64,000 nucleotides of DNA from Sedimentisphaerales bacterium (GTDB lineage Bacteria > Planctomycetota > Phycisphaerae > Sedimentisphaerales > Anaerobacaceae): the NCBI GenBank assembly GCA_040772485.1, contig JAXGYC010000008.1, forward strand, positions 288,001 to 352,000, written 5' to 3'. Below the pieces are notes generated by a model. That model saw nothing but the letters and a program-made list of their open reading frames with translations, was not told the origin of the DNA and did no database searches. Below are positions 10,541 to 18,775 of the stretch, one piece after another (the first letter of the stretch is position 1; each line of letters begins with the position of its first letter). A program made the translations under genes and the position numbers.

Positions 10541-10882
10541 ATGGCCAACTACGAAGTGACGCATTTCGACGACATCGAGGCGGTGAAGTGTCCGTGCGGG
10601 TTTTCGAGACGGGCATTCGCCCACCCCGGTAACGACACCGCGACGATGCACATCGTGGACGTCAAGGCCGACTCAAAGGCCCACTACCACAAGGCCCACA
10701 CCGAGCTGTACCTCGTGCTCGAAGGCACCGGCCACATCGAGCTCGACGGCCAGATGGTCCCGGTCCGCCCCTTCAGCACCATCCTCATCAAGCCCCTCTG
10801 CCGACACCGCGCCGTCGGAGACCTCCGCCTCGTCAACGTCTGCATCCCCCCCTTCGACCCCGCCGACGAACACTTCGATTAG
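10541..10882 (+). CDS. Cupin domain protein
   Basis: HYHxxHTELYLVLEGTG and IKPLCRHR cupin motifs; AAGGAG RBS. Confidence 0.9.
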   Translation: MANYEVTHFDDIEAVKCPCGFSRRAFAHPGNDTATMHIVDVKADSKAHYHKAHTELYLVLEGTGHIELDGQMVPVRPFSTILIKPLCRHRAVGDLRLVNVCIPPFDPADEHFD

Positions 10883-10899
10883 CCCCGGCGTTACCCGTA

Positions 10900-10908
10900 T
10901 GGTATAAT
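10900..10908 (+). promoter_or_regulatory. Extended -10 promoter element (TGgTATAAT)
   Basis: Perfect TGnTATAAT 6 nt before the ATG at 10915. Confidence 0.6.
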
Positions 10909-10914
10909 ACTGGC

Positions 10915-11112
10915 ATGATTCGATTGCAGAGAGACCAAGTCAGGTTGAAACCGATCACCGACGAGGACGATGACTACATGGACGCGTCCCCAGCGGAGCG
11001 TCTGAGTTTCATGTGGGAACTGACCGCCGAAATCTGGTCGCTACAGGGACGAGACTGCGTTGAACGACGACTACAGAGACATGTTGTGCGCCTTGTGCGA
11101 CCACGGGGTTAA
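10915..11112 (+). CDS. Small putative antitoxin (TA pair 1)
   Basis: 65 aa with SPAERL..MWEL and RLQR.VVR motifs; overlaps the downstream nucleotidyltransferase gene. Confidence 0.65.
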   Translation: MIRLQRDQVRLKPITDEDDDYMDASPAERLSFMWELTAEIWSLQGRDCVERRLQRHVVRLVRPRG

Positions 11113-11509
11113 GTTCCTCCTCGTCGGGGCCTATGCGATGGGCGCTCACGGCTATCCTCGCGCTACGGCCGACATCGACATCTGGGTCCAGCCATCCCCC
11201 GAGAATTCAAAGAAGGTCTACCGCGCGTTGGAGTCGTTCGGCGCTCCACTCCATACGATCACGGAGGACGATTTCATCAAGCCGGGGGTCGTCTTTCAGA
11301 TCGGCGTGGCGCCCCGCCGGATCGACATCATCACCGCCATCAGCGGTGTCGAATTCGAGCACGCCTACGAGCACCGGCAGACCGTCGAATTGGAAGGCCT
11401 GCCCATCGCCGTCCTGTCCTACGACGACCTCGTCAAGAACAAGCGCGCCACGGGACGAGACAAAGACCAGATCGACCTCCGCCGCCTCGAAAAACACCCG
11501 CCGAAGTAA
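11060..11509 (+). CDS. Pol-beta-superfamily nucleotidyltransferase, putative toxin (TA pair 1)
   Basis: LLVGAYAMGAHGYPRATADIDIW and KNKRATGRDKDQID motifs; TTG start. Confidence 0.8.
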   Translation: MNDDYRDMLCALCDHGVKFLLVGAYAMGAHGYPRATADIDIWVQPSPENSKKVYRALESFGAPLHTITEDDFIKPGVVFQIGVAPRRIDIITAISGVEFEHAYEHRQTVELEGLPIAVLSYDDLVKNKRATGRDKDQIDLRRLEKHPPK

Positions 11510-11630
11510 GTCGCAATCAGACCCCCGCCCGACTCAAAGACGCCGCCGACCTCGAAGCCGTCGACGCCTAATAGCTTGCTCCCGTGTGGCAATGAGACAT
11601 AACGCGATTCTTAGGTGTGCTGACGCAGCG

Positions 11631-11867
11631 TCAGTTCCTGCCGTTGTATCTCCGTCTGAGTCGGGGCAATCCACCTTTGGCCTCACCCAACTTGCGGAGA
11701 GCCAGCAGCCGATGAGCCAGTTCCGAAGGCTCCACCTCCTGGCCCGTCCGCCTCGCGTAGTCGTCCACAAATGGCAGGAGTTCAGCTTCGTCACTGACGA
11801 GATTATCGCAGGGCGTGTCATACTCGCGATACATCTCAATCAATACGGCATCATCAAATGGACTCAT
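11631..11867 (-). CDS. Small hypothetical protein (78 aa)
   Basis: ATGA overlap with the upstream membrane-protein gene; basic C-terminus. Confidence 0.6.
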   Translation of the reverse strand: MSPFDDAVLIEMYREYDTPCDNLVSDEAELLPFVDDYARRTGQEVEPSELAHRLLALRKLGEAKGGLPRLRRRYNGRN

Positions 11868-12577
11868 TCTGTAGGATTCCCTCCTTTCTGGTGCTCATGT
11901 TCGGCGAGTTCTGTCTCTGCCCTGAACAGCGTACCGAGTTGTATTCGGCCGAACAGGAACGAAACACTTGTGAGGAGATAGGCAATGATTGCCAGCGTGA
12001 AGTCCATCAGACATGGACGGCGGAGGACGTTCACCATGCAGAGCATCGTCGTCAACAGCAAAGCATAGGCCGTATGGGCGTAGAACTGCCCGAAGTGCAG
12101 ATAGAACTCCTGGAGGAATTGGAATCGCCACTCACAGTCCTGCTTGAAACACTTGAGGTTTTCATCCATAGTCAGACGCGCCAGATTGGGTGCCTTCAGG
12201 ACCAATGTGAGCACTTCATAGGCCATGACAAGTGGACCGATCAGCAGTTGCGTCCAAAGAGGTAGCCTGTGATATCGCGTTTCCCTTACCGGCTTCGGCC
12301 GGTCGATGCCATCTCTGTTCTCGACCCACGCCAACACGGTCCAATTCAACGCATGAATGAGCATGCCCACGGCACAGGACATGAAGAGAAACGCGACTGT
12401 CCTAAAGGCAGATGCGAACCACCAACCCTCAATGCGCGTCAGCATAGTCTCAAGGCATACACCCGCCTCGGAACCGGCGCTCGTGGCTATGCACGTGAAG
12501 GCCGTAACGACCACCATGCCGGGCACGAGCTGCGCCATCAAGAAGCCGAAAGTGACCTTGGAGATGAAGTCCTTCAT
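11864..12577 (-). CDS. Hypothetical multi-pass membrane protein (237 aa)
   Basis: GGAGAG RBS before MKDFISK; about 4-5 hydrophobic segments; lower GC. Confidence 0.7.
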   Translation of the reverse strand: MKDFISKVTFGFLMAQLVPGMVVVTAFTCIATSAGSEAGVCLETMLTRIEGWWFASAFRTVAFLFMSCAVGMLIHALNWTVLAWVENRDGIDRPKPVRETRYHRLPLWTQLLIGPLVMAYEVLTLVLKAPNLARLTMDENLKCFKQDCEWRFQFLQEFYLHFGQFYAHTAYALLLTTMLCMVNVLRRPCLMDFTLAIIAYLLTSVSFLFGRIQLGTLFRAETELAEHEHQKGGNPTE

Positions 12578-12691
12578 AACGCGCTCTCCACATCTGGACG
12601 CGCCAAGGGTGTTCGTGCAACCGCAAAGGCGCGCCGTATTCACGATGCCTTGCGTCGCTGTGTCTGCCGCAAGCGGATATCACCCAAAGAT

Positions 12692-12949
12692 TCAGTTCTG
12701 TGGCGGGTTCTTGGCCGCCTTCACGGCGCGTCTGAGCGAATCTCTGCTCGACAGGAGGTCGATGAACTCCGGCCATTTCACCGTGATCCCGTTCTTCTTG
12801 CTGGTCTTTCCGGGACACCATGTCAGGCCGGTCATCGTGAGGCAACAGTCTCCAAGTTGGGCCTTTCCGTCGGGAGTCCTCACCTCGAACTCAATGCCCT
12901 TCGTCTTGACATCCACATTGACGTCGAATTTCTTGATCTTCACGTTCAT
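12692..12949 (-). CDS. Small basic hypothetical protein (85 aa)
   Basis: MNVKIKKFDV... with protein-like composition; co-oriented with the next two genes. Confidence 0.65.
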   Translation of the reverse strand: MNVKIKKFDVNVDVKTKGIEFEVRTPDGKAQLGDCCLTMTGLTWCPGKTSKKNGITVKWPEFIDLLSSRDSLRRAVKAAKNPPQN

Positions 12950-13378
12950 CTGTCTCAGCCCTTTCAGCACGCACACGTTATCGGTACATGGTCGCTCCGC
13001 GCAATCGTGTTCCACGACATCCTTGCGCGAATGCATAAGGTTCTTTGGCGTTGCGTCATCAAGGGTGCTTCCGTCTGGGGGTTGTATCGGCGGGAGGACG
13101 CGGGGAGATAAGGAGAAAGTAGAAACCACACCGCAGGAATGCGGGTGGGGGCTTTTTGGATCTTGCTTTGTCGTTTTGCTCTTTACATTTTGCCTTTTGA
13201 TTTCATCGCCATTCGCCTCGGCCAGCGCGGCGAGGGTATAGGGAGGCTGTACATGCGGTGCTGGGCCGATGGGGTCTGTATAGTCAGGGTGCGGGCAGGC
13301 CGGCCGTCGGAGGTGAAAGGCGGCCGGCCTGGCGCTGTACGGCCTCCACGGCCGATGTTGCCGCGGCGGGCCGGGTGA

Positions 13379-13900
13379 TCACGGCTGCGGGACTACCTCA
13401 TCTTCCCCGCATTCCTGGCTCTGATGGACCACGACCGTGGCGGTTTGCGTCACGACCGCCGAGCCGCCTTCGCTGGTGCTGACGGAGGCGTACTGGATGC
13501 CGCTGACGTACTGGCTCTGCGTGCCGCAGTCGTTGGTCTGCGTCTGGCCTGCGGCTCCGCCCTGGACGGCGAGCGCCGAGCCGTCGTTCGTGCTCGCGAC
13601 GACCTGGGTCATGCCGGCGGCAAGGCCCTGCTCCTGCGAGTCCTCATCGCCGTCCTGAAAGCCGGCGGCCCCTTCCGTCTGCACGACGACGCCCGCGCCG
13701 GTTGTCCCATCGACCTCGGCGTACTGGAACCCGGCGGCGTTGGCGTTCGAGTCGGCGTTATACCGCGAATCCGTGCCAGGACCCCAGCGGAACGCGCCGT
13801 TCAGCAGGAAGCCCGCCCAGAAGTCGGGGGCCGCTCGGGCAGGGGCTGCGCTGGCCAGGGCCAGCAGCACCGCCATCAGGAGGAACACTCTCTTACGCAT
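13379..13900 (-). CDS. Secreted Gln/Gly/Ala-rich repeat protein
   Basis: AAAGGAG RBS; signal peptide ending in ARA; three ~38-aa imperfect repeats. Confidence 0.75.
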   Translation of the reverse strand: MRKRVFLLMAVLLALASAAPARAAPDFWAGFLLNGAFRWGPGTDSRYNADSNANAAGFQYAEVDGTTGAGVVVQTEGAAGFQDGDEDSQEQGLAAGMTQVVASTNDGSALAVQGGAAGQTQTNDCGTQSQYVSGIQYASVSTSEGGSAVVTQTATVVVHQSQECGEDEVVPQP

Positions 13901-14445
13901 CACTCACTCTCCTTTCTGCGCATGCGTCGAAGCGGATTGGTCGCTCAGGACACCGCCGGACGGTCGCGAGACCGGCATGCCCGGCCACGCCCGATCGGCA
14001 TCCGTATGCGGACAGGGCAAGGTTGGACCGGGCGCAGACCGGCTGCGGTAGCTGCTGAGCGCGCGGAATCTCGTGCGACAGTGGTATTCCCTCGAACGAC
14101 AGGGGCAATCGAAGCGGGTGCATCGGCATCGGGTACAGACGCTCGCTGCTGAGGCGCGCGGACGCCGGATGGGGGAAGTCCGACGCGCAGAGAACCCCTC
14201 TGCACCCTGGCGTGCGACGTCCCCGCCTCCAAGACAGCCTTGGCAACCTTCCTGTGCCCGGTCATCACTGACCTCCGGTTGCGCCGTCCCTGTTCGTGCC
14301 GGCGTCTCCCACGCTCGGGAAACGCGATGAAGAGCCGTCTCTTCGGCCACCTTAGACTCTTCAGAAAGTCTGTCAAGAGAAAAACCGATCCGGCCGACAT
14401 AGTCAATTGTGATGATGCACCCGCCGATTTCCGGGCGAAAGAGGG

Positions 14446-14474
14446 TTTACAGTCTTCGGCGGCGGCGGTATAAT
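14446..14474 (+). promoter_or_regulatory. Sigma70 promoter of tRNA-Thr
   Basis: TTTACA-17nt-TATAAT, 11 nt upstream of the tRNA. Confidence 0.75.
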
Positions 14475-14485
14475 AAAGGTTTAGT

Positions 14486-14557
14486 GCCGATGTAGCTCAA
14501 CGGTAGAGCACGGCTTTCGTAAAGCCGGGGTTGAGAGTTCAAATCTCTCCATCGGCT
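14486..14557 (+). tRNA. tRNA-Thr (CGT)
   Basis: Acceptor stem GCCGATG/CATCGGC; anticodon arm CGGCT-TTCGTAA-AGCCG; T-loop GTTCAAATC; CCA not encoded. Confidence 0.95.
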
Positions 14558-14570
14558 TTCTCTCGCGTTT

Positions 14571-14619
14571 GTAGTGATGCCGTAAGGCGTTTCTTTATAT
14601 GCCTTTACGGGCGCACTAC
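14571..14619. repeat. Inverted REP doublet, family B
   Basis: GTAGTGATGCCGTAAGGCGT...ATGCCTTTACGGGCGCACTAC. Confidence 0.8.
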
Positions 14620-15849
14620 GAACGGGATGATCAAGGGAGAGATCCCATAGAATCGCAGGAGACGCCCAACACGCCGCAGGAATCCTCCGCCGGAACCAAT
14701 CGTCACTGGCGTCCGGTCTTGGCGGTGGGCGTCGTTTTGGCGTTGGCAGGCGCCATCTTCTGGTGGACGGGGCTGGGATCCTATCTGGCACAACGAAGAG
14801 AGTATGCCGCCAAAACCAGAACCTTCTCCGCCAGTTCCGGATTGCTTGAGCGGACGGTGATCGTCCCGACGCTCGACAGCCTTTGCCCCGGCAGCAAGAA
14901 CGTCATCTGGTGCTCGTCTTTCCAGTTGGCCTGGAACGAGATTCGCGACAACGTCATCGGCGCCCCGCTCGATGTCGTCGGCGCGGAGGAACTTGCCGAC
15001 CGTTTGAACAAGGCTCCACATCGCGCCGGAGACCTCGCACCCGGCTCGTGCTACGCGGCCGGCGGACGGATACGCGACGGGATCGTGGGGCAAATCGAGA
15101 AGGAAATGGGCGCCAGGTTTCCTCGTCGGGAACTGCCCGATTTCAAAAGTATCGAAGACATGGGCGGCATACTGGCCTATTCCTACCTGACGGCAAATGT
15201 GCCGTTCCGGTATCCCTTCCGCCAGCTCGACGAAGGGTTCACCTTCACCGACTCGCAGGGCGTCGAAACGCTCGTGGCTGGCTTCGGCCTTTGGCAGGCC
15301 TTCCTGTCGCGATATGAGGACATTCGCGAGCAGGTGGAGGTCCTCTATGTGGGTTGGGACGACCCGAATCGGCCCTACGAACGAATGAAGGAATATGCGC
15401 TCGACCTGTGCCGGCACAGCCAGCCCTACCAGGTGGTCGTCGCGGTGGTCGAGCCGAAAGGTTCGCTGGCCGAAACCTACGAACATATTCAGCGCGGGAC
15501 CGAGCAGTTCAAGAAGCAGAGAGACTACAGCCACGCCCGATGGTTTCAAGGGAGCGACGACCTGCGCGTGCCCGAGATGTTCTGGCGCATCGACCACCGA
15601 TTCGCCGAACTCATTGGCAAGACAGTGGCCAACGTGAGCATGCCCATCGTCGAGGCCATGCAAACGATCGAATTCCGGTTGGATCGATCCGGCGCGGTGC
15701 TCGAGAGCGAAGCACGCGTGGGCATTGCCGCCATACCCCGAGACTTCCTGTTCAACCGCCCCTTTCTGATCTACATGAAGAAGCGGGACGCCCAGCGGCC
15801 GTTCTTTGCGATGTGGGTGGACAACGCCGAACTGCTGGCTCGCAAATAG
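14599..15849 (+). CDS. Membrane-anchored serpin-like protein (start uncertain)
   Basis: N-terminal TM segment; C-terminal QTIEFRLDRSGA...FLFNRPFLIYM...PFFAMWVDN resembles the serpin signature. The ATG at 14599 lies inside a REP. Confidence 0.65.
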   Translation: MPLRAHYERDDQGRDPIESQETPNTPQESSAGTNRHWRPVLAVGVVLALAGAIFWWTGLGSYLAQRREYAAKTRTFSASSGLLERTVIVPTLDSLCPGSKNVIWCSSFQLAWNEIRDNVIGAPLDVVGAEELADRLNKAPHRAGDLAPGSCYAAGGRIRDGIVGQIEKEMGARFPRRELPDFKSIEDMGGILAYSYLTANVPFRYPFRQLDEGFTFTDSQGVETLVAGFGLWQAFLSRYEDIREQVEVLYVGWDDPNRPYERMKEYALDLCRHSQPYQVVVAVVEPKGSLAETYEHIQRGTEQFKKQRDYSHARWFQGSDDLRVPEMFWRIDHRFAELIGKTVANVSMPIVEAMQTIEFRLDRSGAVLESEARVGIAAIPRDFLFNRPFLIYMKKRDAQRPFFAMWVDNAELLARK

Positions 15850-15988
15850 CGCACGAGGAAACGGCGCATCAGATCACGGGGCAGCGGGCGCCGTTGGTGA
15901 ATTCGGGGGGTGGCGGAACGATCGTTCTTGCGGTATCCTGGGGCACGGCTGGTCGGCACGAGCGCAAAGCAAAGCAGGAGGCCGGACG

Positions 15989-16252
15989 ATGGACAGTCCA
16001 TCACAACGCGCGAAACAGGATACAACGCCGCAGGCGCGGCGGATTCAGTGTGAGGTCTATCGTCGGATGGGCCCGGCACAGAAGCTCGAACTGGTCTTCG
16101 AGACATACCACATGGGCCGGCAGCTCGCGATGGCTGGCATCCGGATGCAGAACCCGCACGCCAGCGCCGAGGAAGTCTGGCACCTCTGGGCCCGGCGGCA
16201 CCTCGGGGCGGATTCCTACGACAAGACCTATGGAGTGCTGAGCTATGAGTGA
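15989..16252 (+). CDS. Putative antitoxin, MenA1-like (TA pair 2)
   Basis: AGGAGG RBS; RRMGPAQKLELV...RMQNPHASAEEV; overlaps the toxin start. Confidence 0.65.
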   Translation: MDSPSQRAKQDTTPQARRIQCEVYRRMGPAQKLELVFETYHMGRQLAMAGIRMQNPHASAEEVWHLWARRHLGADSYDKTYGVLSYE

Positions 16253-16832
16253 ACTGCGAGAAATCCAGGTCCTGGAGCGGCTGGCCGAGGTCTTCGATGC
16301 GCTGGGCATCCCCTACGCCATCGGCGGCTCCATCGCCAGCAGCGTCTACGGCACGGTGCGCTTCACGCGGGACGCCGACATCGCGGTGCTGCCCTTCGCG
16401 GCCGCGGCCGACAGGTTCTACGCGATGCTCAAGGACGAATTCTACGTCAGTGAAGAGGCGATGCAGCAGGCGTTGAGCTGCTGCGGCTCGTTCAACATCA
16501 TCCACTTCGAGACCGCCTTCAAGATCGACCTGTTCCTGCTGGGCCCCAGCGAGTTCGAGCAGCAACTGCTGGTCCGCAGCCGGGTCGTGAGGCTGGGCGA
16601 AACCCCTGAAAGCGACCTGTGTTGCGTCTCACCCGAGGACGTCATCCTGCTGAAGCTGCGCCGGCTGAACGAGTCGGACGCCTTCGACGAGAGCCAGTGG
16701 GAGGACATCCTGGGCGTGCTGGCGATCCAGGGCCAGGCCCTCGACTTCGGGCGGCTGAACGAAGATGCGAGAATTCGCGGCGTCGAAGACCTCCTGGAGC
16801 GAGCCATCGCCGAGGCGCAGACGTACGTTTGA
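16245..16832 (+). CDS. Nucleotidyltransferase, putative MenT-like toxin (TA pair 2)
   Basis: YAIGGSIASSVYGTVRFTRDADI and SPEDVILLKL motifs. Confidence 0.75.
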   Translation: MSELREIQVLERLAEVFDALGIPYAIGGSIASSVYGTVRFTRDADIAVLPFAAAADRFYAMLKDEFYVSEEAMQQALSCCGSFNIIHFETAFKIDLFLLGPSEFEQQLLVRSRVVRLGETPESDLCCVSPEDVILLKLRRLNESDAFDESQWEDILGVLAIQGQALDFGRLNEDARIRGVEDLLERAIAEAQTYV

Positions 16833-16834
16833 AT

Positions 16835-17830
16835 ATGGACCTGAACGCAAAACACACGGCGCTGCAAAACATACTCAAGGACTTGGGCAGAGTCGTCGTG
16901 GCGTACTCGGGGGGCGTGGACAGCACGCTGCTGCTGAGGGTCGCTGCCGAAACGCTGGGAACACAGAACGTGCTGGCGTGCTTCAGCGCCGGCGCCTCGG
17001 AGCCAAGCCACCAGCTCGCGCGCGCGGCCGCACTGGCGAAGAACATCGGCGTCGAGCTGATGACGGTCGACACGGACGAGCTGGAGGACCCCGCCTTCGT
17101 GGCCAATCAGGCGGACCGCTGCTTCCACTGCAAGTCGCATCTGTGCCGGACGCTGCTGGACATTGCGGCCGAGCGCGGGTTTGGTCACGTGGTCTTCGGG
17201 ACCAACTACGACGACCTCGACGACTTCCGGCCGGGCAATCGGGCCATCGCAAAACTTGGCGTCCGCTCGCCGCTGGCGGAGGCCAGGCTGACCAAGGACG
17301 ACATCCGCCAAATCAGCCGGCAACTCGGCCTGCCCACCGCGGACATGCCCTCGTCGCCGTGCCTGGCGTCGCGAATCAGCTACGGGCTGGAGGTCACCGC
17401 CGAGCGGCTCAGACAGATCGACGAGGCGGAGGCGATTCTCAGAGAGGCGGGTTTCGTCGAATTTCGCGTCCGCCATCATGGCGAGGTCGCGCGTATCGAG
17501 GTTCCGGCCGCCCAGATCGGCCGGCTGGCCGCCGAGCCGCTCCGCTCGCAGGTGGTCGAGAAGCTCAAGAGCCTTGGTTTCCGATATGTCACCCTGGACC
17601 TTCAGGGCTTTCGTTCCGGCTCGTTGAACGAGTCGCTCTCGGAGGAAGAGAAGCAAACCGGTCTGCAAATGCAATGTACCATTCTCGCTGGAGGAACTCA
17701 TGCACTCGAATGCCATGTCACAGACTCGTGGAATGTCACGCCGCACCGTTCTTGCGATCGCTCTGCTTGCGGGCCTGGCCTGGTCCGCCAGTCGTTGCGC
17801 TGCGGCCGAGGCCGGCGACAGCAAGAATGA
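16835..17830 (+). CDS. larE: ATP-dependent sacrificial sulfur transferase LarE family
   Basis: PP-loop AYSGGVDS; RCFHCK, DDFRPG, PCLASRI and GFRSGSLN motifs. The last ~50 aa look like a non-conserved tail. Confidence 0.9.
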   Translation: MDLNAKHTALQNILKDLGRVVVAYSGGVDSTLLLRVAAETLGTQNVLACFSAGASEPSHQLARAAALAKNIGVELMTVDTDELEDPAFVANQADRCFHCKSHLCRTLLDIAAERGFGHVVFGTNYDDLDDFRPGNRAIAKLGVRSPLAEARLTKDDIRQISRQLGLPTADMPSSPCLASRISYGLEVTAERLRQIDEAEAILREAGFVEFRVRHHGEVARIEVPAAQIGRLAAEPLRSQVVEKLKSLGFRYVTLDLQGFRSGSLNESLSEEEKQTGLQMQCTILAGGTHALECHVTDSWNVTPHRSCDRSACGPGLVRQSLRCGRGRRQQE

Positions 17831-18629
17831 TTAGCACGTGATGAGTTTCAACATCCGCTATGGGACCGCCGACGATGGGCCGGACCGCTGGGAGAACCGA
17901 AGGCAGCAAGTCTGCGAAGTGATCGAGCGGAACCAGTGCGACGTGATCGGGTTGCAGGAGGCGCTGCGGTTGCAGATCGACGCGATTCGCGAGGCCCTGC
18001 CGGTGTACGCCGAGATCGGCGTCGGCCGCGAAGACGGCAAGACCAAAGGCGAATACTCCGGCATCCTCTATCGCACCGACCGCCTCCTGGTGGCCGAGGC
18101 CGGAACGTTCTGGCTGTCCGACACGCCCGAGGTTCCCGGCTCGATGACCTGGGGCAACAAGATCACACGCGTCTGCACCTGGGGCCGGTTCATCCACAAG
18201 CCTTCGGGCAAGGCCTTCTATCATTTCAACACCCATTGCGACCACCAGTCGCAGCCGTCGCGCGCCAAGAGCGCGGTGCTGCTGGTCCAGCGCATCCGCG
18301 ACCGCAAGCACGCCGACCCGGTGATCGTCTCAGGCGACTTCAACGCGGGCGAAGCCAATCCGGCGATCCGCTATCTCAAGGGTGACCTGGACCTGGACGG
18401 CAAGACGCCCATCCCGTTCGTCGATTCGTTCAGGCTACTGCACCCCGAGGCGACCGAGGTCGGCACGTTCCACGCCTTCAAAGGCACGCGTTCCGGCGAG
18501 AAGATCGACTACATCTTCGTCCAGGCTGGCGCCGAGGTCCTGGAGGCCCGAGTCCTGCACGACAACGTGGACGGCCGCTACCCCAGCGACCATTACCCCA
18601 TCACCGCCCGGCTGGCGCTGCCCAACTGA
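17700..18629 (+). pseudogene. Exported endonuclease/exonuclease/phosphatase-family gene with an in-frame TAG at 17832-17834
   Basis: GGAGG RBS and ATG at 17700 give an SRRTVL signal peptide, then ND*HVMSFNIRY. Catalytic motifs GLQE, GDFN, IDYIF and SDH are intact. Confidence 0.75.
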
Positions 18630-18775
18630 ATCAGCCGCATGGGCTGAAGCCCATCCTGCAATTGACCCTCAGGCAAGACGGGTAATCGTGTCCGGAGAGG
18701 CCTCTGGACCTGGGGCGGGGTTTGGGCTATACTGGTGCGGCTAAGTGCTTTTGGGTCTTTGTGTTGTGGACGTCT

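Noticed and set aside
17660..17830. LarE C-terminal extension as a novel domain
   Set aside because: It overlaps the RBS and signal-peptide coding region of the next gene in another frame, so it is probably incidental run-on.
17832..17834. Genome-wide TAG recoding
   Set aside because: TAG ends many intact genes here (e.g. 5197, 10882, 15849, 49506) and only one internal TAG was seen.
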